DNA of 58,635 nt, filler included, from an uncultured virus (IMG/VR IMGVR_UViG_2049941000_000260) (Duplodnaviria > Heunggongvirae > Uroviricota > Caudoviricetes). It is 11 parts of one record of this genome, joined end to end, with 100 filler letters (N's around TTAATTAATTAA, not from the genome) between each part and the next. Parts side by side here need not be neighbours in the genome. Positions count along the whole stretch, not along the records: positions 36,879 to 46,570 come from IMGVR_UViG_2049941000_000260; positions 46,671 to 56,459 come from IMGVR_UViG_2049941000_000260; 9 more parts are not named here. One strand, written 5' to 3'. Below are positions 38,718 through 50,305 of the stretch, one piece after another (the stretch's first letter is position 1; the number at the start of each line of letters is the position of its first letter). The notes under the pieces are model-generated. The model did no database searches, was not told the DNA's origin, and saw only the letters and a program-made list of their open reading frames with translations. The position numbers and the translations under genes are program-made.

Positions 38718-41700
38718 AAAACACTTCAAACGAAGAGTTTTTTGCAAAACGTTTAAAAACTAAAGACGGTTTTATTCCTACAGAATCTTCTTTTTTAAAC
38801 GAAAAAGTTCAAAAGGGTTATGAAAAAACAATAGAGGAAGCAAAATCTATTCCTGCAGAGGAGCATTCTTGGTGGAGCTTTGCAAAAGCAAAACTTATGG
38901 GTGGAAGCATTGGTTCAAATGTTCGTCTTTGGTGGATGGATGAAAGCGTAAGAGAATCAGTAGAAGAAGATCCCGACTTTAAGATAACACCTGAAGATAT
39001 TGCTGGGTATGAAGATTTTGCGCAAAGCATTTTTAATGCCAATAATAGAACTCAGCTTGATGAATACAAAAAACTTATAGACGACATAAGACTCAATCAA
39101 CAAATCGAAGCAGAGCATGGTGTTTTGACAAACCTTGCCGGTGAAATACTAAACCCCACCTCTTGGTTTTCGCTAGGAATGGCAGGCGGTATCTATAATA
39201 CCACAATGACAGGAATTAAATATTTCAATTATGGCAAGCGATTTGCTAATGCTTTAAACACTCTAGCTGAATACAAAATTGGTAGTGGGTTTGTTAAGAA
39301 TTATGGTAAATCTCTATTAAAAACCGTTCCAGGAAACCTTGGGTTTGGTGCTGCATTGGGCGCGTCTCAGCTAATAACAGAAGAAACGGCTGGTCGTCTT
39401 GTTGGAGAAGGTATGAGTGGCACAGAAATGTTACAAACATTAACAACACCCATGATTTTAGGCACTGCTTTTGGTGCAACTATCGGAGCTACCGGTGAAC
39501 TACTTCTTGCAAGAAAAACAAAGATTGCTGCAGATAGATTTAAACAACTACTTCAAGATCCAAAAAACAGATCTGTAGAGAATATAACAATCGCAATAAA
39601 CCCAAACAAGCTTTCTGAATCCGGTTATCTTTATGGCAAAGTAAAAAATTCTTTTGGTCAAGCTTTGCCTATGACTCCAGGAATTAGAACCGCAACAAGC
39701 CCTTCTGTTGTTACACGAGAGATTAGTAGAAGGATGGTTGACAATTTTGTTACATTTGTTGACGAAGAAGGAAATGTTTTAACAAATAATGCTGCTACAG
39801 TAGAATCTATTGCAAACAAAAACATGGCGGTTTATGGAACACGAATCACTGATGAAATAAACAAAGGTTTTAAGCAATGGTTGGAGCAAAGCTACAGTGG
39901 AATAAAAACATCGTCTGAACGCTTTAAAAAAGCACTTTGGGGAAATTCTGAAAAATGGGATGAGTTCAATGCTTTATTGGCTGACGCAGCGCGCAATGGC
40001 GACAAACATACAAATCCAATAGTAGAAAAAACAGCAAAAGCATTGCGTCCCATTACAAATGAAATTGCTCAAGAAGGTATAGACTCTGGCTTATACAACC
40101 TAAAGGGTGCTGATCTAGAAAAAATAGACAATTCTATTAAACGCATTGATTCACAAATCAGAAAAGCCACAAAAGAAAACAATAAGCCTGTGGTTNNNNN
40201 NNNNNCACAACAAAAAGAAGGGCTGTTGAAAAACCGTAAAGAAATTGAGAACAAAAAATATACTGTAGAAGACTTTAAGCGTGTTGGTGATGAGTCATAC
40301 TTAATGCGTGCTTTCGACAAAAACAAGATTGTTGGAAACCTTGAAGGGTTTAAATCTGCTGTAAAAGCTGGAATGATTAGCAAGCTAAAGCAAAAAGGCT
40401 TGTTTACTAAAGAAAACTTAACCGCTTCTGAGAAGGTTATTCTAAAAAAACTTAATCAACAATTAGATGACTCTGTTCAAGCTGTTGTTGATGATATCCA
40501 AAGGAATTTTCAAGGAAGATTAACTTCAAGAAACTATAGTATTAGAGGTGCTGAACACGAACGTGTTCTTGATTTCGACACAAAATACGTAAAAGATTTT
40601 GTTGTAAATCATTACGCAGACGCAACATATCGGTTCATACAAACAATAATTCCTGACTCTGCTATGATGCGTGCTTTTGGAACAATAAATGTTGATGATT
40701 TATTTGCGGCATCTGCAAAAGATTATGAAGCACTAATAAAAGCAGCCGGAAACAACAACAAAGAGATTTCTAGGTTAAGAACGAACCAAGCAACAGATCG
40801 TGATGACATCGAAGCAATGTTTAATCGTGTTCGCGGAACAAACGTTTTAGACGCTTGGAGTTTTACTACTGCAGGTCGTGTGATCAACAACAGTGTAGCA
40901 ACTGTAAAAAACCTAAATGTTGCGCGTCTTTTAGGTGGTACAACAATGGCTGGAGCTAATGACTTGGGGCAGTTGGCTATGGTTCTAGGGTTTAAACGGT
41001 TTTATGGTAAACAAACATTAAAAGCTCTTATTGAGTTTGTTAAAGGAAAAACAACCGGAGGTTCTATAATAGAAAACGAACCTTTGTTTAGGGCAACCAC
41101 ACTTTGGAGACAAACCAGACAAGCGAGTTTTGGAGAGATTGTTGGAGGACAGGGCGTTCTTGCTTGGGCATCACGATGGACTCGAGGTTTAGCAAATTCA
41201 ACAACGTTCTTAAGTGGTATACAGGCTTGGGATGAAACCATGAAGTTTTTGTCCGGTTATATTACCTCAGAGACGATATTGAAGGCTGGAGAAAAGTTAT
41301 TTAACCAAAAGAATCTAACTAAAAAAGAAGATCTGTTTTTAAGGACAACAGGAATAACAAACGAACAAGCTATAAAAATATATGGTCAGTTTAAACAACA
41401 TGGCCAAATTAAAAACGGCTTGTATGCTCCAGGCTCTACACAATGGACAGATAGAAAAATCAAGGAATTGTTTGGTGCTGCAATTATGAAGCTTCAAAAC
41501 CAGGCAATATTAACTCCAGGAGCAGGAACAGTTCCTGTTTCCCTCGATCATCCATTTTTTAGATTGTTTAACCAGTTTAAACGTTTTACGTGGAGTGCAT
41601 ACGAAAAATGTATGATTCCTGGACTTCAGAAAAGAGATTTTTCGGTTTTTGCAGGTGCCGTTATGATGATGAATATCGGCGTTTTGCGGTCTTTGATCCG

Positions 41701-42073
41701 AATGAAAAACGGCGGATATGAACTGACAGAGACTCAACTCATAGAACAAGCATTAAAAGAATGCGACTTTATGTCATACTATGGAGATATATATGGTTTG
41801 GGGGCTTCTTTAGTTGGTTTCAGCACAGAACAAAATTCTGCGAATCAAGACTTTTTGAGGTCTGTTCAAGGAACTGTTTTAGGTTTCGGATCTGATGTTA
41901 CGAAAGCAGTAGGTGGTGTATACAATGCTTTGTTTGGAGCGGGTGCTTCTGATGGACAAATTCATGCGCTAAGGAAGCTTTTGCCAAGCCAAAACAATCC
42001 TGCTTTCGCATACTTTTTTAATAAGGCAGAGGAAACATTAAAAGCTAAATACGGTAAAAGAAAAACAAGATAA
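38718..42073 (+). CDS. large internal virion/ejection protein (5' truncated, >1100 aa)
   Basis: ILTPG...P...F.QFK.F motif near the C-terminus, typical of the largest podophage core protein; directly upstream of the tail fibre. Confidence 0.7.
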
Positions 42074-42093
42074 CAATTTAACTGAGGACACTG

Positions 42094-44877
42094 ATGAGCG
42101 TACTACCAAATGATCGTTATGAAAAGACAACAGCAGTAGCTGGACAGACTGTGTTTAATTATGACTGGGATGTTCCCAGTGCTTATCCTGGACAGGTAAA
42201 AGTAATACAGTACGTCTTAGCTACACATACAAAAACAACACTAAATTATGGTGTAGATTATACTGTAGATGTAGCAAATAAGCGTGTTACGTTGACTAAT
42301 GCTGCGTCTGCAGGTGATACCATTGTTTTGTACTCTGGTACTCCTGAAGCCCGTGAGACAGATTTCACTGGCTCTACAGTTAATGTTGCGGCTGCTAATG
42401 AAGCGATTGATAATTTAACATGGCAGACACAGCAGTTAGCGCGTGATGTAAAACGTTGTGTTCGTGTAGACATGGTCGAAGGTATCATGGCAGGAGAACT
42501 TCCTTCTGTTGATGATCGTAGAAACAAGTATGCTTCATGGGACAATCAAGGAAATCTAACCTATGATGACCCAGTCACGGGTATCCTCAACGACTACATG
42601 CGCAAGGATCAGAATCTATCTGATGTTGCAAATGTCGCAACAGCAAGAACAAATCTTGGCTTAGGTGATTCTGCAACACGCAATGTAGGTACAACAGCAG
42701 GTACGGTAGCTGCTGGAGATGACTCACGATTCCTTTCTCAAGCTCAGAAGAATGCATTAACTGGTGGAAGCAATGCGGATGGATTGCATACTCATAGCGG
42801 TTATGTTACTACTGGTGAAAAAGGTGCTCCAAATGGTGTTGCAACGCTTGGTTCTAACGGAAGGCTTCCATTAGCACAATTAACTCCTGAGGCTGTTACA
42901 ACCGTAACAAATTCAAGTTCGGATGGAGAAGTAGTATTGTTTAATGGCGTTGGTGGTTCAGAAATTAAACGCTCAAACAAAACATTGCCTGCTGGAGATA
43001 TCGTAGGTACTACAGACGCCCAGACGTTAACCAATAAAACAATCAATGCCGACAATAACACAATAACCGATATTGAAGTAGACAATCTAAAAGCTGGTGT
43101 ACTCAATACAGACTTAACTGGTGCTACAAGCGATACTCAAGTTCCATCTTCAAAGGCAACAAAAGATTATGCCGATACAAAGATGGGTGCGTTAAACAAT
43201 TTGGGCACTGGTGCTCAGGTTGGAAATCGGTTAAATGGTGGTACTTTAGAGCTCAGGACTCTTGTTGCAAAAGATGGTATTCAACTTGTACAAAATGAAA
43301 ATGACATCTATCTTTACGCAGCACCTTCAGAGGTAACTTTCCCTGTTTTTGATAAACAAGGAGGAGGGGCTAATTGGTACAAAAACACCGTAGGAAATCA
43401 CGTTCAGTTTCGTTCTTTCACTGGAAGCAATGGTGTTACGGTTGCTCAGAATGGCGATGAAATAGATTCATCTCTAACAAACATTACGCAACAAGGTGAT
43501 ATGATTGTTGGTGACGCTGGAGGAGCTGCAAGTACTTTGGCAAAGGGTGCTGACGATCAGGTGCTCCGTATGGATGGCGATGACCCACAGTGGGAAACAT
43601 TGGGTACAATGGCAGACCAAAATGCAAATGCTGTTGCCATCACTGGCGGTACAATTTCTGGCTTAACAGCTCCAATGGCGATTGCTGATGGTGGTACTGG
43701 ACAAATTACCAAGACGGCTGCTTTTGATGGACTCAGTCCTTTAACTTCTCAAGGTGATGTTCTAACGCATGATGGCACGAATAATGTACGTCTTGCGCGT
43801 GGTTCTGCTGGAAAATATCTTAAGATGAATCCAGGAGGAACAATGCCTGAATGGGGTGATGGTTATGTCACACCTACAACTACGCAGGGTGATATCATTG
43901 TTCGTGGTGTAGGTGCAGACACACGGCTTGGAATTGGTACTGCAGGTCAGGTTCTTAAGGTCAACGCTGGAGGTAATTCTCCTGAATGGGCTACATTGGG
44001 TTCAATGAGCACACAAGCTTCTGACGCTGTAGCTATCACTGGCGGTACTATGGCAGATGTTGCCATTACTGGTGGTACAATATCAGGACTTACGACACCT
44101 TTAGCTGTTGCCGACGGCGGTACTGGATTGAACGCATTAGGAACTGCTGGACAGGGCATAATAACAACCAGAGACAACGCTACAGCATGGTCTGCTCTTG
44201 ATTGTTTAAACATAGACAAAACTCCACAAATAGAAAATGCTAGTTTAAACACATACAATACGGCTGGTTCTTTTGAGATTACAGGGACAAACGTCACCGA
44301 CAGACCTGATGGTGCTACAGCAAACGCCACAGCAAATCTAGTTGTAAGAAGAATATTAACACACGTGTGGCAAGATTATTATGACATTTATGGTGGTAAA
44401 CATTTTTATAGAAGTTCGCAAGATGGTGGCACTACTTGGAGTGATTGGATTGGTCAAGGAAATGTTGCGCATTACGTTGATGTTGGTGTTTCAGGCCAAA
44501 CAATAACAACAACTGCTTCCACAAAGGTGCTATATGATGAGGTTACTTCAATATCAAATGCTGCAGATTTTGATATTTCAACATCAGAATACACAATACC
44601 GGTATCTGGTTGGTGGTTGTTTACTTTTAGTTATTATTTGCAAGGGCAGTATATAGCAAGCCCTACTGGTTTTCCCCACATGTTGGAGATTAGACCTAGT
44701 TTTACATCTCATTACTTTCGTGAGTATGGCTATTTTTACTATTACGTTGGGACAAAATCATGGCTTTTAAAACTCACAAAAGGAACTAAGGCGTACAGTC
44801 GGTATACAATAACTGGATGCATACCACAAACAATAGGAAATTTAAACAGAATGACAGGAGTTTTTTTAGGAGTTTAA
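42094..44877 (+). CDS. tail fibre protein, allele A (927 aa)
   Basis: T7 gp17-like N-terminal adaptor (AGQTVFNY...GVDYTV...DNLT...QQL), GGTG/QGD repeats, knob-like and C1q-like C-terminus. Confidence 0.88.
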   Translation: MSVLPNDRYEKTTAVAGQTVFNYDWDVPSAYPGQVKVIQYVLATHTKTTLNYGVDYTVDVANKRVTLTNAASAGDTIVLYSGTPEARETDFTGSTVNVAAANEAIDNLTWQTQQLARDVKRCVRVDMVEGIMAGELPSVDDRRNKYASWDNQGNLTYDDPVTGILNDYMRKDQNLSDVANVATARTNLGLGDSATRNVGTTAGTVAAGDDSRFLSQAQKNALTGGSNADGLHTHSGYVTTGEKGAPNGVATLGSNGRLPLAQLTPEAVTTVTNSSSDGEVVLFNGVGGSEIKRSNKTLPAGDIVGTTDAQTLTNKTINADNNTITDIEVDNLKAGVLNTDLTGATSDTQVPSSKATKDYADTKMGALNNLGTGAQVGNRLNGGTLELRTLVAKDGIQLVQNENDIYLYAAPSEVTFPVFDKQGGGANWYKNTVGNHVQFRSFTGSNGVTVAQNGDEIDSSLTNITQQGDMIVGDAGGAASTLAKGADDQVLRMDGDDPQWETLGTMADQNANAVAITGGTISGLTAPMAIADGGTGQITKTAAFDGLSPLTSQGDVLTHDGTNNVRLARGSAGKYLKMNPGGTMPEWGDGYVTPTTTQGDIIVRGVGADTRLGIGTAGQVLKVNAGGNSPEWATLGSMSTQASDAVAITGGTMADVAITGGTISGLTTPLAVADGGTGLNALGTAGQGIITTRDNATAWSALDCLNIDKTPQIENASLNTYNTAGSFEITGTNVTDRPDGATANATANLVVRRILTHVWQDYYDIYGGKHFYRSSQDGGTTWSDWIGQGNVAHYVDVGVSGQTITTTASTKVLYDEVTSISNAADFDISTSEYTIPVSGWWLFTFSYYLQGQYIASPTGFPHMLEIRPSFTSHYFREYGYFYYYVGTKSWLLKLTKGTKAYSRYTITGCIPQTIGNLNRMTGVFLGV

Positions 44878-44879
44878 AA

Positions 44880-45413
44880 ATGTTAAATACAACATTAGTT
44901 TTAAGTTATTACGGAATTAAAAACGGCGTTGAAATCCATTTTCCGTTTGACGCTGTTGTTTTCGATGATTGCGATTGCAAAGACCCTTATATTGCTGAAT
45001 GGAATATCGCTGACAAACTTCCTCAGCCATCAATGGATGAGTTAAAGGCTTTAGAACCAGAAGCAACACTGTATTATGCTCGGCAAAATAAACTTGCTGA
45101 GCTTGATACAAAATTCAATGATGCTATTGAGAATGGCCATATGACATGCTCTTTTGGTGTCGAGATTGATGCCAACAATGACGCCTTGCGCAATGTTGGA
45201 AATCTATTGTTGGTAATGGGCGCAGATGACAAAGAAATGTTTTGCGACTACAACAATCAATTCCATGAGTTAACACGCATTCAGGTTGAGTTGCTTCAAA
45301 AGGAAATCATAGGACACATTAAGGGGCTCTATGCTAAAAAATGGTCCTACCGCGAGCAAATTAACACATTGACAACGGCGGAGGAAGTCGATAGTATAGT
45401 TATTGAGTTTTAA
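44880..45413 (+). CDS. tail fibre assembly-like protein (DUF4376-like C-terminus)
   Basis: PYIAEWN...PQPS..EL and DYNNQFHELT...YAKKW..REQI. Confidence 0.65.
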   Translation: MLNTTLVLSYYGIKNGVEIHFPFDAVVFDDCDCKDPYIAEWNIADKLPQPSMDELKALEPEATLYYARQNKLAELDTKFNDAIENGHMTCSFGVEIDANNDALRNVGNLLLVMGADDKEMFCDYNNQFHELTRIQVELLQKEIIGHIKGLYAKKWSYREQINTLTTAEEVDSIVIEF

Positions 45414-45492
45414 TAGTTTTTATTTTTCATGGACTAATGGGGGGAGACGTCAACAGCATACCGTCCCCCATTTGTCTTATAGGACACTAGAT

Positions 45493-45914
45493 ATGGATTG
45501 GGAACCAAACTTAGACGATTACAAAGGCAAAATATTTCGCACGCTGGATGTAGGAGCTGCGAGAAGAGCGAACTACAACTTCGCTTTGGAGTGCAGAAAG
45601 AGCTTCAAGTGGTGTTGCGAGAACAGCATTCGCATCATCAACAAAGAGAACCAGCGTGTTTTCATGAAGCTTAACAACGCGCAGAACAAGCTCTATCAGA
45701 AGTGTAAAGAGCAGATGGAGAAGAACAATCAGATTCGTTTGGTCATCATTAAAGGTCGTCAGCAGGGAATCTCTACATTCTGTAGGGCAATGATTCTTTG
45801 GAAGCTATCCTACTATCCTCAGACAACTGGGCTCATTGTTTCACAGCGTGAGAAAGACTTACGAGAAAAAGCCTTTCGTGGATTGATTGACATGCAAACA
45901 TTGAAGCTTCAGCA
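45493..45914 (+). CDS. terL: terminase large subunit, N-terminal fragment
   Basis: KLNNAQ...IIKGRQQGIST Walker A region. Confidence 0.9.
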
Positions 45915-45924
45915 NNNNNNNNNN

Positions 45925-46146
45925 TTTTTGAGGTCTGTACAAGGAACCGTTTTAGGTTTTGGTTCCGATGTCACGAAAGCCGCCGGAGGTATTTATGAAG
46001 CTTTGTTTGGAAGGGGTGCTTCTGATGGACAAATTCACGCATTAAGGAAGCTTCTACCAAGCCAAAACAATCCTGCTTTTGCATACTTTTTTAACAAAGC
46101 AGAGGAAACTTTGAAAGCTAAATACGGAAAAAGAAAAACAAGATAA
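45925..46146 (+). CDS. large internal virion protein C-terminus (allele)
   Basis: Matches the end of 38718-42073. Confidence 0.7.
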   Translation, partial: FLRSVQGTVLGFGSDVTKAAGGIYEALFGRGASDGQIHALRKLLPSQNNPAFAYFFNKAEETLKAKYGKRKTR

Positions 46147-46166
46147 CAATTTAACTGAGGACACTG

Positions 46167-46570
46167 ATGAGCGTACTACCAAATGATCGTTATGAAAAGA
46201 CAATAGCAGCAGCTGGACAGACTGTGTTTAATTATGACTGGGATGTTCCCAGTGCCTATCCTGGACAGGTAAAAGTAATACAGTACGTCTTAGCTACACA
46301 GACTAAAACAACACTAACTTACGGTGTAGATTACACTGTAGATGTATCAAACAAGCGTGTTACATTGACAAACGCTGCGGCTGAAGGTGATACCGTTGTT
46401 TTGTATTCTGGTACTCCTGAAGCCCGTGAAACAGATTTCACTGGCTCTACTGTTAATGTTGCAGCTGCTAATGAGGCAATCGATAATTTAACATGGCAGA
46501 CACAGCAGTTGGCGCGTGATGTAAAGCGTTGTGTTCGTGTAGACATGGTCGAAGGTATATTGCCTGGAGA
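46167..46570 (+). CDS. tail fibre N-terminus (allele)
   Basis: Near-identical to 42094-42497. Confidence 0.85.
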
Positions 46571-46670
46571 NNNNNNNNNNNNNNNNNNNNNNNNNNNNNN
46601 NNNNNNNNNNNNNNTTAATTAATTAANNNNNNNNNNNNNNNNNNNNNNNNNNNNNNNNNNNNNNNNNNNN

Positions 46671-47713
46671 TGAATGCTCTAGGCACAACGCCTGAATGGG
46701 GCGATGGTTATGTTACACCAACAACAACTCAGGGAGATTTAATTGTTCGTGGTTTTGCTGCAGATACTCGACTAGGAATTGGTACTGCAGGTCAGGTTCT
46801 TAAGGTCAACGCTGGAGGTAATTCTCCTGAATGGGCTACTTTGGGAACAATGAGTGCTCAAAATTCAGACACTGTCAATATTACTGGCGGTACAATTTCA
46901 GGACTTACGACACCTTTGGCGGTTGCTTCTGGTGGTACTGGATTGAATGCATTAGGAACAGCGAACTACAGCTTAGCTACCAATGGAAATGCAGATGCTT
47001 TAACATGGATGTTGAATGATAGATTAGATGGTAAACATTTTGCAATAACCATCAACACTGACTTAAACACTATCTTAACTCCTGGAACGTATTGTTGCGA
47101 GTCGGGTACTACAACCGCTACATTGTTAAACAAGCCAGCAAGCATGAACAATAATGCTTTCTTGATGATTGTTCGATATATTACAGCGAACTATTGGCAA
47201 CAGGAAATCATCAGCAATGAAAACAAACGATGGTCAAGGCAGTATCAAATCAGTGGCACCACTTGGAGCGATTGGATTCCTGTTATTGCTAATGCGTGTT
47301 TCCATATTAACAAAACAACAGCTCAGGCAACATTGGCATATGGAACAATTACTACCATTCAATTTAACAATGCTCTTGTGGATCCATTTAACGGGTTTGA
47401 TGCCACCACATATTCATATACAATACCTCTTAAAGGATATTGGTTTTTGTATTCTCAACTAATGTTTAATATTGGAGGTAGTGCTGGTCAAAGGACGTCG
47501 GTTGGTATTATGGTTGGTGGTGGTTCCCGTTTTTCTTCTATTGTAGGTGAGCCATCATCAGCAGGAAATCAAACCTGTTCTTGTTGTGGAATTGCAAACC
47601 TTAATAAAGGAAATGTTGTTTCAATTTCTTCATACGGTTATTCAAACTACAATACACTTGATACCGCAACTTACGGAAATTATTTTGGGGGATTTTATTT
47701 AGGAAATTATTGA
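46671..47713 (+). CDS. tail fibre C-terminal part, allele B
   Basis: Homologous to allele A up to GGTGLNALGTA, then divergent knob (DLNTILTPGTY) and C1q-like domains. Confidence 0.85.
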
Positions 47714-47714
47714 T

Positions 47715-48245
47715 ATGGAAAACTTAGCTTTAGTTGTTGGTTATTACGGAAAAAAGAACGGCATATCCATTGACTTAACAAAAGATGTTATCGTCATGGA
47801 TGTTGGTAAGGGTCCATACATTGACCAATGGAATATCTCCGATAAGCTTCCACAGCCCTCTATGAAAGAGTTGGAAGCTTTAGAGCCAGAAGCAATGCTG
47901 TATTACGCTCGGCAAAACAAACTTGCTGAGCTGGATACAAAATTCAATGACGCACTTGAGAATGGTCATATGACATGTTCTTTTGGTGTTGAGATTGATG
48001 CCAACAACGACGCCTTGCGCAATGTAGGAAACCTGTTGTTGGTCATGGGTGCGGATGATAAGGAATTGTTTTGCGATTACAACAATCAATTCCATGAGCT
48101 AACACGCATTCAAGTTGAGTTGCTTCAAAAGGAAATCATAGGACACATTAATGGTCTCTATGCTCAGAAATGGTCGTACCGTGGTCAAATAAACACGTTG
48201 ACAACAGCTGAGGAAGTTAATAGTATAGTGATAGAGTTTAAATAA
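47715..48245 (+). CDS. tail fibre assembly-like protein, allele B
   Basis: Divergent first ~35 aa, then near-identical to 44880-45413. Confidence 0.65.
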   Translation: MENLALVVGYYGKKNGISIDLTKDVIVMDVGKGPYIDQWNISDKLPQPSMKELEALEPEAMLYYARQNKLAELDTKFNDALENGHMTCSFGVEIDANNDALRNVGNLLLVMGADDKELFCDYNNQFHELTRIQVELLQKEIIGHINGLYAQKWSYRGQINTLTTAEEVNSIVIEFK

Positions 48246-48328
48246 TCTTTAAATATTATCTCATTAAAAAGTAGGGGGAGACGTCAACAGCATACCGTTC
48301 CCCTTACACTTTTTTAGGGCACTAGATT

Positions 48329-49706
48329 ATGGATTGGGAACCGAACTTAGACGATTACAAAGGAAAAATATTCCGCACGCTGGATGTAGGAGCTGCGAGA
48401 AGAGCGAACTACAACTTCGCTTTNNNNNNNNNNTCTTTGGAAGCTATCCTACTATCCTCAGACGACTGGGCTCATTGTTTCACAGAGAGAGAAAGACTTA
48501 CGAGAAAAAGCCTTTCGTGGATTGATTGATATGCAGACTTTGAAGCTTCAGCAAATGCCAGCCAGCCATCAAACAAGTACTCAATTAAAAATTGATCATG
48601 GTCAAAGCGGTTACTCCATATGTTTTGGTGAATGGGCTGCGACAGAGGGTCAATCTCGTGGTGATAGGTATGACATTGTCCATCTAACTGAGGTTGATTA
48701 TTATCCAGATTGGAAAAAGTTCTGGGCTGGTCTTTCTCAGTCTATCCCTAATGGCAATCGCTCGGTTGTATTGATTGAATCCACATCTTCAGGACGTAAA
48801 GCATTGTGGGACATGTACCAGCAGAGTTTGTCTAAAGATAGTCCATTTGAGTATGTTTTTATACCGTGGTACGACCAAGAAGAGTACCGCATGCAAGCTC
48901 CATCTGACATGGAGTTGACCGACAAAGAGAAAGAACTCAAACAGCAATTCAAACTAGATAACGATCAGCTGTTTTGGTATCGTCAGAAGCGTTTAGAGTT
49001 GGGTTCGGATATCATGCTTGCACGCGAGTATCCAAACACTCCAGAAGAAGCATTTTCTGTATCGAGCAATAATTCTTTCTTTGATTTTAATACTATTGAG
49101 GATGCCATTAAACAAGAGGAGATTTCAGACAACAGCTCTCCATTGGTACTGGGCATTGACCCATCACGCATGCGAGACAAGACAGCTCTTGTATGGCGCA
49201 AAGGTCGTAATATTACTAAGGTAGAAAACCTTGAACCAATGGCGGATACAATGTATTTGGCACGAGTTTTGTACAACAAGATTGCCGAAAAGAGACCAAA
49301 CTTTGTGTATGTGGATGTCGGTGGATTGGGTTGCGGTGTCTTTGATAGGCTCAGAGAGATGGGAGTCATGGGATTAAATCCAGTAAACTTTGGTGAAGCT
49401 CCTGATGACAAGAACAAATACTTCAACCGACGTGCAGAAATGTATGGACGAGCTAAGGAGTGGTTGGCCAATAAGCCAGTACATATTGTTGATGATCAGG
49501 AATTCATTAACCAGCTGTTGATGATAGAACTTGATCCGACATCATCCAAAGTTCAGTTGATTTCCAAAAGTAGGATGTTGTACTCACCAGATATTGCCGA
49601 CGCATTTGCGATGACATTCTATGAAAACAACAGCCAATACTTCCAAGACAAAACCAACTTTACAAATATCAATATCAAGACCGATTGGAGTCCGTTTGAT
49701 TTTTAG
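48329..49706 (+). CDS. terL: terminase large subunit (gap at 48424-48433)
   Basis: VHLTEV Walker B, IEST, FIPW, REYP, LGIDPS...D, VDVGGLG, SPDIADA nuclease motifs. Confidence 0.93.
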
Positions 49707-50295
49707 TAAACATATATGATATCGTCCAGTAGGTTGTTGTAGTACCGATCGTTATCTAAAGGTATTGTGAGAGCGTAGTGTGTTAATGGTGTTCGCACCG
49801 TTAATGTGCTTAAGATTTTCTTTGCAGTGTCCTGAACTTTTAGCCTGAAAGTGAGATCGGTATCTCTGAAGCCATCATTGTACAGATCGTCCTGCAAAGC
49901 ATAATGCGTGCCAAGTTTTACGTAGATGATATCTTGGTAGCGCATGAACATTTCTCGATTGGCATCAAACACATTGCATATTTCCAAACCATCTACGGTT
50001 TTACTTTCCAGAAAGTCATTCAACTTCTTTTCATTCTTTGTGATGGTAAAAAAGTAATACAAAGGATCTATCACTGTGCGATCGCAGAAAACAATATCGT
50101 AATCTGAAGTTAGCAATTCATTCTCATACTCCATTTGTTTTTTAATGATGAGATTGGTTGCATATATGGTTTGCTCTCCATGAATCTTGAACTTCGGATC
50201 ATTGAGTTCAGCAACCTTACGAACAACTTCTTCGAGTGTGATTGCTTTGAGCCCTCTCTCATTTGCAAGTGCTGTTAGTTTTTCAGCGAGGGTTG
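49703..50295 (-). CDS. NadR/AAA_28-like P-loop kinase (5' truncated)
   Basis: EVVR...VFCDRTVIDPLYY...DGFR; homolog of 51832-52569. Confidence 0.75.
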
Positions 50296-50305
50296 NNNNN
50301 NNNNN

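Noticed and set aside
44400..44877. Diversity-generating retroelement as in BPP-1
   Set aside because: No reverse transcriptase and no template/variable repeat pair differing at adenines was found.
36879..44877. Stop-codon reassignment
   Set aside because: Long genes read through under the standard code, and TAA, TAG and TGA all end recognisable genes.
42094..48245. Invertase-driven tail fibre shufflon (Gin/Cin type)
   Set aside because: Both fibre tips are in sense orientation and each is followed by its own assembly gene and terL start; no inverted silent tip is seen, and the recombinase is not linked to them.
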